This document shows positions 35,986 to 46,780 of a stretch of 64,000 nt of DNA, piece by piece (within the stretch, counting starts at the first letter, position 1; each line of letters begins with the position of its first letter). This DNA comes from Thermoplasmatota archaeon (GTDB lineage: Archaea > Thermoplasmatota > E2 > JACPAO01 > JAHFTW01), in assembly GCA_038046785.1 (NCBI GenBank), contig JBBSVM010000006.1:101875-165874 (forward strand), read 5' to 3'. A program made the translations under genes and the position numbers. The notes under the pieces were generated by a model that saw nothing but the letters and a program-made list of their open reading frames with translations, searched no databases and was not told the DNA's origin.

Positions 35986-36639
35986 TCAGGCCACTTCCCG
36001 TTCGCCGGCGCGGACGGAGCGGATGCTGGCTGCGGCCCACAGCAGCGCAATCAGCGTGGCGACAAGGGCCGGCAGGGCGGCCAGGCGTCCATCCACGGAC
36101 GCCAGCAAGCCGGAGAGGGCCTGATGCGCGTATGCCCAGGCAAGTGACGTTGCCACGACGCCGGCGGTCACCGCGATGCAAAGCGCGCGCCACTGGAGCC
36201 CGGCAAGCAAGCCTACGAGGCCCGCCACCACGGCGCCATTGGTCAGAAACGGCACCAGCATGAAGAGAAACAGCGCGAACGGGCCGCGGCCATGGGCCAG
36301 TTGCGACGCCGCTGTCTGGCGCAGGGAATCAAAGAGACGCTGCACAAAGGATGGCTGCGCGTCTTCGACCGGCGCTCGAACCATCGCTCGCTGCACCATC
36401 GGAACAAGGAGTGCGGCAAGGGCAAGATTCTGCAACACGCTGGCCAGTGCCACCCACCACGTTGGAATCCCGGTCACGAGAGCAAGCGGCATCGTCACCT
36501 CGCGACCCGTCACCAACTCGGCCGCCATCGCCGCCGCAAGACCGGCCCCCCAGGAGGAATTTGTTTGGAGCACGAGCACCAGCAAGCCCAGACTGGCGGT
36601 CGCCAACGCCAACCCGGCCAACTGAATCCTCACCGCCAC
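35986..36639 (-). CDS. Small multidrug export-like (COG2426-type) membrane protein; start uncertain
   Basis: GRE..MP, LFLFMLVPFLTNGAVVAG. Confidence 0.65.
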   Translation of the reverse strand: MAVRIQLAGLALATASLGLLVLVLQTNSSWGAGLAAAMAAELVTGREVTMPLALVTGIPTWWVALASVLQNLALAALLVPMVQRAMVRAPVEDAQPSFVQRLFDSLRQTAASQLAHGRGPFALFLFMLVPFLTNGAVVAGLVGLLAGLQWRALCIAVTAGVVATSLAWAYAHQALSGLLASVDGRLAALPALVATLIALLWAAASIRSVRAGEREVA

Positions 36640-36753
36640 TTGCACAGGAAACGCAGACTGCGCGGGGGATTTGGCCCTTCGGAGGCTTCCCAAACCCGTC
36701 AAACGCCATTCACGCAAGCCAAGCGCCATGAGCCACCCTGCCATGGCTCCACT

Positions 36754-37167
36754 ATGCGATCCTACGCCTGGCTTGCCGTTGCCACCGTTGCCGCCCTGGC
36801 CCTTGCCGGGTGCGCCGGCAGCACCCCCGCCCCGACCAGCAACGTCCAGCCCGCCGCCACCTACGAGGTCAAGGTCATGAAGAGCCACGCGCTGCAGAGC
36901 AAGTCGCAGTGGAACCTGCGCACGGAGCTCGTCCAAGGCGGTAGCGTCGTTGGAAGCGGCAGTTTCACCATCTCAAAGACGGACTCGCAAGACCCGCAGA
37001 CCGCGTACTCGAAGACGCTGCCTGGGGGCCCCATCCAACTCAAGGTCTTCGAAGGCAGCAATCCGGTCGGCACCAAGACGCTCGATCCGGCCAAGTGCCC
37101 CAAACCTCTCGAGTTCGAACTGCACGTCGTCGATGACGCCGTCCACACCTACAGCAACTGCGACTGA
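36754..37167 (+). CDS. Lipoprotein of unknown function
   Basis: MRSYAWLAVATVAALALAGC. Confidence 0.8.
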   Translation: MRSYAWLAVATVAALALAGCAGSTPAPTSNVQPAATYEVKVMKSHALQSKSQWNLRTELVQGGSVVGSGSFTISKTDSQDPQTAYSKTLPGGPIQLKVFEGSNPVGTKTLDPAKCPKPLEFELHVVDDAVHTYSNCD

Positions 37168-37230
37168 GCGGCGTAGCGCGCGCAAATCACGATTTGCTTG
37201 AGGCAATTGTGAAACGGCGTCTGCGGCCAG

Positions 37231-37870
37231 CTACCTCCATTTTGCGCGGCCTTTGTTTGGACGCCAGACGACGCGGTGCGGTGGAACCACGTCCGGGACC
37301 GGTTTCGGTCTCCACCTCTGCATGTTTGACTTGACCGGGATTTTCTCCTGTAGGTGCGCGAGCGCTTGGTCCACCTGGTCCCTTGTCGAGGTGTGCGTCG
37401 TGATTCGGCTGGCTAGCTCGATGAACTTGTAGCAGAACAACCAGGATCCGTGGCTGAACGCCACGTGCGCCCGCACGGCGGCGTACCAGATTGGATCTTG
37501 CAAGTCGGCGTTGGCCGGGAGGACAACTTGAAAGTGGTCGAGGGCTTCACGAACTTCCTCGGGCGTCGTTGGCCGATATTTGAGCGGGTACTTGTGGTCG
37601 CCAAGCCTGGCGCGCGTGATGGCGGCGCCGAGCTGCTGAGGTACCAGGTGGCGGGGGCTTCGTCGTTGTCGAAGCCGTTGATTTTGAGGCCATTCATGAT
37701 GGCGAATTGGGCGGCGCGAGCGTCGTGGCGGCGGGCGGCCTCAACGGCGACTTGGCAGTGTTGCCATTCCGGTTTGGCGAAGTCGGCCTCGACCGGCGAG
37801 ATCGTCGAGGTACTCGAGCAGACCTTCGCGACTGCCATACTTGGTGGCGCCCTTTGTGCAGGTGGTGATT
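37231..37870 (-). pseudogene. Frameshifted remnant of an unknown gene
   Basis: Protein-like text changes frame near 37800 and 37640. Confidence 0.5.
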
Positions 37871-37944
37871 GAATGATTGGCCCGCAAGCTCGGGCTCCAT
37901 AGAAATGTAGGCTCCTTGCGTTACCGTGTCTTCGGCAAGTCACT

Positions 37945-38814
37945 TTACCGAATTTGCTTCCATGAGGCTCCCGAGTCCTCGGTCTCGAGAATCTGACCGC
38001 TTCCCGTCGCTGCGAATGCATGGGTGCTGGCGCTCTTGGCAAAGGCAAAGAGGACTTGCCCGGGGGCGTCGTCGATGAGGCGGTGGTTGTTCTTGCTCCA
38101 CGTGAGGCCGCCATCGACGCTGCGATAGGTGGATCCGGTTTTTCCGTCGCCAGTGCCCGCCAGCAGGACGGTTCCAGCCGTCGAGACGGCGACGGATGAC
38201 ACCAAACCGGAAACAGGGCCAGCAAGCTTCGTCCAATTCGCGAACGCGGTCAAGTCGGTCGTCTTGTAGAGTCCATTGTTGGTCGCCGCGAAGAGGGCCT
38301 CTGCCGTGCCGCCCAGGGCAAGCACGGATGCCGGTGGCGAGGCGTAGTCCGTCCACGTTGCGCCCCCGTCGCGCGAGACCTTGGTCTTGCCCTGCCAGGA
38401 GCCAGCCAAGTGGCCTTCGCCACTGCTCAGGGCGGTCAAGGCGTGGAAGTCGACTTGCCCCTTCAGACTCCGTTGCTCCCACGTTTCTCCGCCATCGGTG
38501 GACCGACGCAAGCCCAGGTGGACGCCGCCATACGCGCGAGGATCGTCAGGGTGGCCGCTGGAGTAGAACACTCCGTCTCGCACGAGGTCCTTGGTGAATC
38601 CCATGTAGTCGTAGGGGTCCCCGATGAACTCCCACTGCCAAGTGTTGCCGTCGGGCACACCGCGGGCGAGGCCGTGGTGGGACGCCAGGTAGAGGTTGCC
38701 AGACACTTCGTCGTAGGCGAGACCGTGCACGTGAGAGAGCTTGAGTTTGTCGCCGGTGGGTTGACTACAGCCAGCCAGTGCTGCGGCGACGAGGACTGCG
38801 GCCAGGACTTTCAT
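37945..38814 (-). CDS. BNR/Asp-box repeat lipoprotein, copy 2
   Basis: LAGC; HVH, ASHHG, DYMGF, SSGHP, VDFHA, SxDGGxTW. Confidence 0.88.
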   Translation of the reverse strand: MKVLAAVLVAAALAGCSQPTGDKLKLSHVHGLAYDEVSGNLYLASHHGLARGVPDGNTWQWEFIGDPYDYMGFTKDLVRDGVFYSSGHPDDPRAYGGVHLGLRRSTDGGETWEQRSLKGQVDFHALTALSSGEGHLAGSWQGKTKVSRDGGATWTDYASPPASVLALGGTAEALFAATNNGLYKTTDLTAFANWTKLAGPVSGLVSSVAVSTAGTVLLAGTGDGKTGSTYRSVDGGLTWSKNNHRLIDDAPGQVLFAFAKSASTHAFAATGSGQILETEDSGASWKQIR

Positions 38815-38821
38815 GAGTCAC

Positions 38822-39088
38822 CTAGCGGCGCCACAGAGTCCAGCGCGACGTTGGGGCTTCGGTTCCGGCCACGGCCTTGACGCCGTAGCCGGCCTCTTTG
38901 ACGGCGGCGACCATGGTGGTGGTGGACGCGCCGGGCTTGGCGCGCACTTGGGCCGTCTCCTTCTTCAGGTTCACCGTGGCTTCGGTGACGCCCGGCGTCG
39001 AGCGCAGGGCTTTCTCGACGTGGTTGACGCAGTTCTGGCACGTCATGCCGGTGATTTGCAGCGTGAAGGCTTGTTCCGGGGGGCTCAC
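38822..39088 (-). CDS. copZ: Copper chaperone (HMA domain)
   Basis: ITGMTCQNCVNHVEKAL; GTG start. Confidence 0.9.
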   Translation of the reverse strand: MSPPEQAFTLQITGMTCQNCVNHVEKALRSTPGVTEATVNLKKETAQVRAKPGASTTTMVAAVKEAGYGVKAVAGTEAPTSRWTLWRR

Positions 39089-39230
39089 GAGGCCAAGCAC
39101 GGTTGGCGGGGCTTTACCCCTTGTCCTTGCCATTTGGAAAGACGGGCATCTTGCAATCAAACGGCAAGTTGTGGCCACGATTGCTTGACGTTCGCAAACT
39201 TCAAGCCTGGGAAATCATCCAAGTGCTTGC

Positions 39231-39851
39231 ATGGAACTCGACGCCATCGACATGGGCATCCTGCGCGGCCTGCGGCAGGACGCCCGCACATCCTTCCGAA
39301 CCTTGGCCGGGCAGCTTGGCACCACGACGCCGACGGTGAGTGCTCGCGTCAAGCGCCTGGAGAGCCTGCGCATCATCCAAGGCTACCGCGTCGACCTCGA
39401 CCCGCAAGCCCTCGGCGGCTCCCTGCAGGTCCTGCGCCTCGAGGTGCGCCCCGCGGGTCTCCACCGCGTCACGGAAGCCCTGACCGAGATGCAAGGCGTC
39501 GAGGAGATCATGGCCATCAGCGGCGGTTCCTTGCTCGTCAAGGTTCGCCTGCGACCCCCCGTTGTGACGTTCGATGGCCTGCACCAATCCATTGCGGGTC
39601 TCGACGACGTCATCCGCTACGATGCCTGGGAGGTTTGGAGCGTGCGCCAGCGCAGCGCCGACATCGCTGTCACGGGCCTTGAGCTGCGGTGCCACACCTG
39701 CCACAGCCCCATCCAAGGGGAGCCGGTGCGCAGCAAGATCGGCGGCGAGGAACACCTCTTCTGCTGTCCGTTGTGCAAGAAGCAATTCCAGGAACGACAC
39801 GCCGCCGCAACGGCGCGCACGAAATCGGAGAAAGCCGCGCGTAGCGGCTAG
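39231..39851 (+). CDS. Lrp/AsnC regulator with C-terminal TRASH domain (archaeal CopR/CopT-like)
   Basis: LDAID..IL..L.QDAR HTH; CHTC...FCCPLC; divergent from copZ. Confidence 0.9.
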   Translation: MELDAIDMGILRGLRQDARTSFRTLAGQLGTTTPTVSARVKRLESLRIIQGYRVDLDPQALGGSLQVLRLEVRPAGLHRVTEALTEMQGVEEIMAISGGSLLVKVRLRPPVVTFDGLHQSIAGLDDVIRYDAWEVWSVRQRSADIAVTGLELRCHTCHSPIQGEPVRSKIGGEEHLFCCPLCKKQFQERHAAATARTKSEKAARSG

Positions 39852-39950
39852 CGCGCTGGCCTCGCGGCGAAAGACTTGGGCACATCGTCGCAGCAACAGG
39901 GCACCCTGCATGCGACGACGCGAAGGGCCGCCTCAACTTCGCATTGGCAG

Positions 39951-40223
39951 TCAGCGCACTTCACGAACATCACTTCCCGGTGATTGGTTCGGTTTGGCCG
40001 CCGGCGTGGGGCAGGCGGCGTCTTCGTTGCGGCGGTTCCAGGCGTTGCGCGCCCACAATCCAGCCACCAGCGTCAGGACGGCGACAGCTGCCAAGCCTTT
40101 GAGGGCTAGCGCCGTTGCTCCGAAGACGGCGCCGACGGCGAGGAAGAAGCCGCCGGCGCAGGCAGGGCAGGCCACCATGAGGACCAGCCCCATCTTGCGT
40201 TTGCTATCTTGTTTGCCTTCCAT
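39951..40223 (-). CDS. Small two-TM protein with CxxC (MerT/MerF-like)
   Basis: VACPAC in TM1; follows copA. Confidence 0.7.
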   Translation of the reverse strand: MEGKQDSKRKMGLVLMVACPACAGGFFLAVGAVFGATALALKGLAAVAVLTLVAGLWARNAWNRRNEDAACPTPAAKPNQSPGSDVREVR

Positions 40224-43212
40224 TGGTTGACCTCGCGGGCTTTGTCGGGGGGCGGGCCGCTGGCGCCTTTCGGGGCGCAACCGGCATGACCGCTGGCGTC
40301 GGTGAAGGGCGCACGTGCCCGTTTGTGCCCGCGCGAGGTTGGCTTGCAGAATGGAGGGAAGCCGCGGAACCGTCGCTGGCACGCGCCGCGTTTCCGTTCT
40401 GCGGAGCCATCTCAACCGGCCGCAACACGATTGAGCGCTGCAAATCCTGCACGGTTCGCTGCAGCTCAGTGATGGTTTGGCGCAGCTGCTCCGTTTCCGA
40501 AGCTGCCCCTTGCAATTCGGGTTGGGGAGGCCGCAACGACGCCACGGGTCGGGCCGGGGTCCACGGCGCGGCCGCTGGCGCGCTCACGCCGTTTCGCGAG
40601 TGTGCGGACGAGCCATTGTGTACTGGAACTGCCACGAAGGCGACGGGGATTTCCACGCGGCTTTTGCCGTTGCGCACGACAGGGGATTTGCCCGGGCCGA
40701 CGTGGGCGGGTCGCCAGCGTCGCAGGAGATTGGTGTTGGCAACGACGCTGACGCTGGAGAGCGCCATGGCTGCGCCCGCCAGGATGGGGTGCAGCAGGAC
40801 CGGTCCGCCGAACAAGGGCCACGCGACGAAGAGGCCTGCCGCGAGGGGGATGAGGATGACGTTGTAGCCGAAGGCCCAGGTCAGGTTCTGGTAGACTTTG
40901 CGCAGTGTTGCCTTCGACAGGTCGAGGGCGGCGACGGCGTCACGCAGGTCGTCCCGCAACAGGATGACTTGGCCGGCTTCCTTGGCGACATCCGAGCCGG
41001 CGCCCATGGCGATGCCGAGGTCGGCGGCCACGAGGGCGGGGGCGTCGTTGACGCCGTCGCCAACCATGGCGACGCTGAGGCCCTGGGATTTGAGTTTGTT
41101 CACGACGTCTGCTTTGCCCTGGGGCAGGACTTCGGCAAACACTTGGTCGATGCCGACCTGCTTGGCGATGGCTTGCGCGGTCTGGCGGTTGTCGCCAGTC
41201 AGGAGCGCGACCTTGAGGCCGCGCTTGCGGAAGGCGGCAATCGCTTCCGCGCTGGTGGGTTTCACGGTGTCAGCAATCGCAACCCATCCCAGTAGGAGTG
41301 TGCCGGACGCGACGCCAATGATGGTCTGCCCCCGGCTCCGTCCCGCAGCCAGAGATGTTTGGTGCTGAATGGTCTGCACGCCTTCCTGGGTGAGCCACTC
41401 GGGCTTGCCTACACACACCGGGTCGGCTCCCAGCCAGGCACGCACGCCTTGGCCGGGAACGTTCTCGAACCGCTGCACGGGTCGAGCTGTGATGCCCTTT
41501 TGGGTCGCGTAACGAACCACCGCCGCAGCGAGGGGGTGCTCACTTGTTGCCTCGACGGAGGCGGCGACCGACAGGAGGGTGTGGAGTTGGCCGCTTGCGA
41601 CGTGGATGTTCGTCACTTGGGGCTTGCCTTGGGTGACGGTGCCGGTCTTGTCGAGGATCACGACGTCGATCTTGCGGGTTCCTTCGAGTGCTTCGGCGCC
41701 TTTGATGAGGATGCCGTTCTCGGCGCCTTTGCCCATGCCGACCATGATGGCCATGGGGGTCGCCAATCCCATGGCGCATGGGCAGGCAATCACGAGGATG
41801 GCCACTGAGGACAGTAGGCCCAGGGTCAAGGGCGTGTAGCCGGCGTCACGGGCCACGTCGGCGCCGATGGTCATCCAGGCGGCAAACGTGAGAACAGACA
41901 GGAGGAGGACGACGGGGACGAAGCGTGCCGTGATGGCGTCGACGATGCGCTGAATGGGAGCCTTGGCCGATTGGGCGTCCTCGACGAACTGGACGATTTG
42001 GGCCAACATCGTCTCGGAGCCGACCTTGCTGGCTTGCATGGTCAGGGCGCCGTTCTGGTTGACGGTGGCTCCGATGACGACGGAGCCCGGGGCTTTCTCC
42101 ACGGGGATGGACTCGCCGGTGATCATGCTCTCGTCGATGGCGCTGTTGCCCTTGAGGACACGGCCATCGGTCGGAATTTTCTCACCAGGTTTGACCAGGA
42201 GCCTGTCGCCGACCTTGACTTGCTCAAGGGGAATCTCAATCCATTGGCCGTTGCGTTGCACGCGGGCATTCTTTGCGCCCAACTCCAGGAGCCTCCGGAT
42301 GGCTTCGCTGGCCTTGCTCTTGGAGCGCGTCTCCAAGTATTTGCCCAGTAGGATGAGGGTGACGACGACTGCGGCCGTCTCGTAGTAGACGCCCATGCCG
42401 TGGAAGGCGGGCACGAAGGCGACCGAGATGGAGAATAGGTAGGCGACGCCTGTGCCGGTGGCCACGAGTGTGTCCATGTTGGCGCTCCAGCGACGCAGCG
42501 CCTTCCATGCGCCGACAAAGAATGTCGCGCCGCTGTAGAGCATGACGGGGGTGGCGAGCAGGAACTCCGTGAGCATCTGCCATTCAAAGCCAAGAATCTC
42601 CCCGGGAATCATGAAGAAGCCGAGCGTGTTCCCCATGGCGACGACCACGAGCGGCGCGGTGAAGATGGCCCCGATGATGAAGCGACGAAGCCGGATACGG
42701 GCCTCGTTGCGCTCCGGCGCGGCATCTGCTTGGCTGGAATCTCGGCCGCTTGGAGCCGTCCGGACGCCGTAGCCAGCGGCTTCGACGGCGGCCACAAGTT
42801 GCTCGCGTTGAACTCCTGGGGCAAGGGCGACGGAGGCGCTTTCGGTGGCCAGGTTGACGCTCGCATTCTTGACGCCGGGAACCTTGCCAAGCGCCTTGGT
42901 GACATGGCCGACGCAGCTGGCGCACGTCATGCCCGTGATTTCCAGTTTGAGTTGGCTCGGTCCGTTGCCAGGAGTGGTTGCCGCGGGTCGCGGGGCCGGT
43001 GGTACGAGCTTGTAGCCGGCGCTGCTGACGGCGCGTTGCACGTCGCTGGGCTGGACCTTCGCGGGGTCGGCGGTGATGCGGAGGCGTTCCGTGGCGAGGT
43101 TGACGTCGGCTTGCTGGATGCCGGGCAATTTTCGGACGGCGGTCTCGATGGTGCGCACGCAGCTGGCGCACGTCATTCCCTGCACGGCGTACGTGGCTTG
43201 GATTTGGGACAT
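40204..43212 (-). CDS. copA: Cu(I)-exporting P1B-type ATPase with two HMA domains and a long C-terminal tail
   Basis: Two GMTCASC, TGES, CPC, DKTGT, SEHP, TGDN, GDGVND, YN, MALSS. Confidence 0.97.
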   Translation of the reverse strand: MSQIQATYAVQGMTCASCVRTIETAVRKLPGIQQADVNLATERLRITADPAKVQPSDVQRAVSSAGYKLVPPAPRPAATTPGNGPSQLKLEITGMTCASCVGHVTKALGKVPGVKNASVNLATESASVALAPGVQREQLVAAVEAAGYGVRTAPSGRDSSQADAAPERNEARIRLRRFIIGAIFTAPLVVVAMGNTLGFFMIPGEILGFEWQMLTEFLLATPVMLYSGATFFVGAWKALRRWSANMDTLVATGTGVAYLFSISVAFVPAFHGMGVYYETAAVVVTLILLGKYLETRSKSKASEAIRRLLELGAKNARVQRNGQWIEIPLEQVKVGDRLLVKPGEKIPTDGRVLKGNSAIDESMITGESIPVEKAPGSVVIGATVNQNGALTMQASKVGSETMLAQIVQFVEDAQSAKAPIQRIVDAITARFVPVVLLLSVLTFAAWMTIGADVARDAGYTPLTLGLLSSVAILVIACPCAMGLATPMAIMVGMGKGAENGILIKGAEALEGTRKIDVVILDKTGTVTQGKPQVTNIHVASGQLHTLLSVAASVEATSEHPLAAAVVRYATQKGITARPVQRFENVPGQGVRAWLGADPVCVGKPEWLTQEGVQTIQHQTSLAAGRSRGQTIIGVASGTLLLGWVAIADTVKPTSAEAIAAFRKRGLKVALLTGDNRQTAQAIAKQVGIDQVFAEVLPQGKADVVNKLKSQGLSVAMVGDGVNDAPALVAADLGIAMGAGSDVAKEAGQVILLRDDLRDAVAALDLSKATLRKVYQNLTWAFGYNVILIPLAAGLFVAWPLFGGPVLLHPILAGAAMALSSVSVVANTNLLRRWRPAHVGPGKSPVVRNGKSRVEIPVAFVAVPVHNGSSAHSRNGVSAPAAAPWTPARPVASLRPPQPELQGAASETEQLRQTITELQRTVQDLQRSIVLRPVEMAPQNGNAARASDGSAASLHSASQPRAGTNGHVRPSPTPAVMPVAPRKAPAARPPTKPARSTNGRQTR

Positions 43213-43233
43213 GGCTGCACTCCCTCTTATGTG

Positions 43234-45504
43234 TCAGGCCTTAACCGGATTGCCGCTTCCAAGTGGAAAGCTTCCCGGGGGGCCTTGGTTGCTGGTGGAG
43301 TGGGTGGGCTGCCACCGGCGCAAGAGCAGGCTGTTGAGCATGACGCTCGTGATGGAGAGCGTCATGGCGACACCCGCCAGCATAGGATCCAGACGAGTGG
43401 CGGAGCCGAACAGGGGCCGTGCCACGAGGAGGCCAGCGGCGACCGGGATAAGCAGTGCGTTGTAGGCGAACGCCCAGGCGAGGTTCTGGTGGACTTTGCG
43501 CAGGGTGGCGCGGGCCAAGTCCAAGGCTGCGGGGATGCCCAGCAAGTCGTCGTCGAGGAGGGCGATGCCGCCGACGTTGCCGGCGCGGCCGCCTACGGTG
43601 ATGCCGAGGTGCGCTTCCGCCATGGCGGCGGCGTCCGTTGTGGCGTCACCGACGAGGGCGACGCGACTGCCTTCACCCTTCAGGTGGCGGATGGTGGCCG
43701 CTTGGTCGGATGCGGGGACGTCGGCCAGGATGCGGGTGATTCCAAGGGGTTTGGCCAGGGCGTGCGCAGTCTGGGCGTGGTCGCCGGTGAGCAGCACGAC
43801 TTGCAGGCCCTGGTGGCGCAAGGCGTCCAGGGCGCGGGCAGCATTGGGGCGAACGGGGTCGGCCGTGGCGATGATTCCGAGGCTGGTTCCGTCTTGGGCG
43901 ATGCCAACGACGGTCTTGCCTTCGTTGCGCAGGCGCTCGATGTGGTACTGTTGTTCGGCAAGTGAGATGCCTTTGCTCGCAAGCCAGGCGGGAGTGCCGA
44001 CGAGGACCTGTTTTCCTTCGACCTGGGCCGTGAAGCCCTTGTCGGGGAAAGCCTCGAAGGATTCGGCTTGCGGGATGGCGTTGCCTTGGGCGCGGCGCTG
44101 GATGGCGATGGCCAGGGCGTGGTCGCTCTTGGCGGCAGCCGAGGCGGCGAGGATCAGCAGCTCGTCTGCATTTTTGGGGCTGAGGACGAGCGTCGTGGCG
44201 GGCAGGGTGTCGGTGACTTCCGGGTGCCCCGTTGTTAGGGTGCTCTTCTTGATGACGACGGTGTCGAGTCCGCGCGCGGCTTGCAGGGCTTCGCCGCCGC
44301 GGAGGATGATGCCCTTCTCGGCGCCGCGCGACGTGCCCGTCAGGACCGCCATGGGAACGGCCAGGCCGAGGGCGCAGGGGCAGGCGATGATGAGCACGGT
44401 GAGAAGGCTCACGAGGGCCATGGAGGATGGCGTGAAACCGGCATCTACTGCGATGGGGGCTCCCAGGGTGCTCCAAAAAATGGAGGCCGCGAAGGCGATG
44501 ACGAGGACGGCGGGGACGAAGTAGCGCACGATGCGGTCGACGGCGTGCTGGATGGGAATCTTGGAGGTCTGCGCCTGTTCCAGCATCTGGCCGGTGGCCG
44601 TGTCCTTGGCGGTGGGCTCGAGCATCCGGCGTAGCGTGGCGCGGGCGCGGCGTTGCGCGCGCTGCTCGATGAGTCGACCCAGCAGGAGCAGCGTGACGAC
44701 GACGGCCGCGGTCTCGAAGTAGACCCCTTGCCCACTGTCGAGTCCAGGCCAGATGAGGATGGCCGTCGAGTAGCCGAACGCGGTACCTACGCCAGTCGCT
44801 ACAAGGGTGTCCATGGTGAGGTGGCGGCTGCGGTAGGCGTTCCACGCACCTCGGAAAAATGGCGCGCCACCATACACGACGACGGGTGCAGCCAAGGCGA
44901 ATTGGAGCCAAAGGTCGCCCATCGCCATGCCATCGTGGCCTCCGTGGCCGCCCATGTCCATGCCGGACATGTCCATCCCCATCGCGGCCATCTCTTCGGC
45001 CGTCATGTTCTCCATCCCTTCCATGCCGTGCATACTGTGCATGCCTTCCATCCCCTCCATGCCTTCCATTCCACCCATTCCGGACATGTGGTCGCCGATG
45101 CCCAGGAACATCATGATGTGGGGCCCCATGGCGATGGCGAACAGGGGAATGGTGAGTGCGGCGGCGATGATGAGGCGGCGCGTCTCGCGGCGGTCGCCCT
45201 TTTCTTCCTCCTGCGGCGCGGAGTCTTCGCGGACGCTGTAGCCACTCGTCTTGACGGCATCGACGAGGGCTTGCCGGGACAGGTCCTTGGTGCCATGCAC
45301 CTGGGCCTTTCCGGTCGCGAGGTTGACGACGGCGCTGTGCACGCCAGGCGTGGTGCGCAGCCCTTTCTCGATGGTGGCGACACAGCTGGCGCACGTCATC
45401 CCGGCGACGCGAAGCGTGTACGTGGAATCAAGAGGGGCTTCAGGCACAGGGCTTCCAGGAGGCGGGTGTCTATACTGCTTCTTCTTTCCAAACGTCAAGG
45501 ACAA
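43234..45504 (-). CDS. Catalytically inactive CopA paralog with Met-rich loop; start may be GTG 45447
   Basis: HMA, CPC, YN and MTLS retained; A-domain absent; DKTGT is KKST; GDGVND is GDATTD. Confidence 0.88.
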   Translation of the reverse strand: MSLTFGKKKQYRHPPPGSPVPEAPLDSTYTLRVAGMTCASCVATIEKGLRTTPGVHSAVVNLATGKAQVHGTKDLSRQALVDAVKTSGYSVREDSAPQEEEKGDRRETRRLIIAAALTIPLFAIAMGPHIMMFLGIGDHMSGMGGMEGMEGMEGMHSMHGMEGMENMTAEEMAAMGMDMSGMDMGGHGGHDGMAMGDLWLQFALAAPVVVYGGAPFFRGAWNAYRSRHLTMDTLVATGVGTAFGYSTAILIWPGLDSGQGVYFETAAVVVTLLLLGRLIEQRAQRRARATLRRMLEPTAKDTATGQMLEQAQTSKIPIQHAVDRIVRYFVPAVLVIAFAASIFWSTLGAPIAVDAGFTPSSMALVSLLTVLIIACPCALGLAVPMAVLTGTSRGAEKGIILRGGEALQAARGLDTVVIKKSTLTTGHPEVTDTLPATTLVLSPKNADELLILAASAAAKSDHALAIAIQRRAQGNAIPQAESFEAFPDKGFTAQVEGKQVLVGTPAWLASKGISLAEQQYHIERLRNEGKTVVGIAQDGTSLGIIATADPVRPNAARALDALRHQGLQVVLLTGDHAQTAHALAKPLGITRILADVPASDQAATIRHLKGEGSRVALVGDATTDAAAMAEAHLGITVGGRAGNVGGIALLDDDLLGIPAALDLARATLRKVHQNLAWAFAYNALLIPVAAGLLVARPLFGSATRLDPMLAGVAMTLSITSVMLNSLLLRRWQPTHSTSNQGPPGSFPLGSGNPVKA

Positions 45505-45537
45505 CCAGGATAACAGGAAAGGACCTGGCGTAGGTCA

Positions 45538-45813
45538 ATGGAAGCAGTCAAGACGAAACCGGGTCACGGGCAGGAAGGTCACGACATGCAATCCTGTGGT
45601 CACTGCGTGGTGGACCCGAAGCGGAACAAGTCGTCCCTGGTTGCCTGGATCGTTGCGGGAGTCGCTGTCGTCTTTGCCATCGTCGTCTACTTCTCACGCG
45701 CGGGGTCACTGGGCAGCAACCTGGCGGGCGGTGGCAGCCTCGCACTGTTGGCCGTCTTGGCTTGCCCCTTGATAATGGGTGCCATGATGTTCATGATGGG
45801 CAAACGTCACTGA
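45538..45813 (+). CDS. Small Cys/Met/His membrane protein (DUF2933-like)
   Basis: CGHC; LACPLIMGAMMFMMGKRH. Confidence 0.75.
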   Translation: MEAVKTKPGHGQEGHDMQSCGHCVVDPKRNKSSLVAWIVAGVAVVFAIVVYFSRAGSLGSNLAGGGSLALLAVLACPLIMGAMMFMMGKRH

Positions 45814-45856
45814 GGAGACACAAAGTTCAATGACCGCACCGGTTTGGCTCGCAGGC

Positions 45857-46234
45857 ATGCGCTGGTTGCTCGTGGTCCCTCTCCTGCTTGCCGGCTGCGC
45901 CGCCAACGACGCCCCGGATGCCCCATTGAGTGACGAAAGTGCAAGGCCGGATCCAATCATGAAGATGGTCCCGATGGTCGACGATTCGATCAAGAACGGA
46001 AACTTCGCCATCCGTACCATGGACCAGGCCATGTACATGAACGAAGGAGCGCGTGCCCACACCGTCACGGTCCACAAGGTGGGTGACGCTGCCACAACGA
46101 CGAGGATTGATCGGACCTTGCAGCCTGACCAGACGTACACTTACACCTTCGACGCGCCAGGAACATACCATGTCTACTGCCGCTTGCACGGCACTACAAC
46201 CTCTGGAATGACGTCGACCGTTGAAGTCGCCTAG
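45857..46234 (+). CDS. Cupredoxin lipoprotein
   Basis: LLAGC; AHTV; YCRLHG...GM. Confidence 0.88.
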   Translation: MRWLLVVPLLLAGCAANDAPDAPLSDESARPDPIMKMVPMVDDSIKNGNFAIRTMDQAMYMNEGARAHTVTVHKVGDAATTTRIDRTLQPDQTYTYTFDAPGTYHVYCRLHGTTTSGMTSTVEVA

Positions 46235-46372
46235 ACCCGTGCCTCCTGCCAAGAAACAAGGTCTGGCAAGATATACGGCGAGGCCGCTGAAATTTCTGCT
46301 TTGAGATGCGACGCGACGTCAGGCCGTTAGCGAAAAGTCGCAGCTAAGTCCAAAATGTCTCAGCGGAGTTTC

Positions 46373-46747
46373 TCAGATGGGGGCGGGGGTGACGCGGACG
46401 CCGTCCAGTTTCGTCAATGCGTCTAAGAGTTCGTGGATGCGGGGTCCCTCCCCGTGCAGGATGAGGGCGTCCACGCAGGTGCCTTCCAAGTGGTGGTGGA
46501 GGGAAGTGGTCACGAGGTCTTCGAAGCGGTGCAGGACTTTGCCGACTTTTTCCTGGTTCTTGTCGGCGACGTAGACGAGGGTGAGGGCGAGGTGGACGTG
46601 GCCTTCGAACTCCATCTGGTGGCTGGTGATGAAGTGGTGCAGGGCGTCGCGGATGGCGCTGGAGCGGGAGTCGTAGCCGAAGTGCTCGACGAGTTTGTCG
46701 AACTTGTCCAGTTCAGCGCCGGAAAGGGAGATGGAGATGACGGCCAT
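46373..46747 (-). CDS. nikR: NikR-like regulator, copy 2 (full H-H-H-C site)
   Basis: RHH N-terminus; H-x10-H-x-H-x4-C closely matches NikR ligand spacing. Confidence 0.88.
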   Translation of the reverse strand: MAVISISLSGAELDKFDKLVEHFGYDSRSSAIRDALHHFITSHQMEFEGHVHLALTLVYVADKNQEKVGKVLHRFEDLVTTSLHHHLEGTCVDALILHGEGPRIHELLDALTKLDGVRVTPAPI

Positions 46748-46780
46748 GGGGGTTCACTTGTGGGGGGTCGGATAAACTCG

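Noticed and set aside
39150-39210. Inverted repeats GCAATC/GATTGC and GCTTGA/TCAAGC between copZ and the CopR-like gene
   Set aside because: Plausible operator, but only 6-bp arms and no second copy found near copA, so not called
44915-45090. Short tandem CCAT-rich repeats resembling an array
   Set aside because: They encode the Met/Gly-rich loop of the CopA paralog; there is no repeat-spacer structure, so not CRISPR
46340-46372. Possible fifth operator (GCTAAGTCC) downstream of NikR-like copy 2
   Set aside because: No TTCATA half-site at 15-nt spacing; at most a decayed copy
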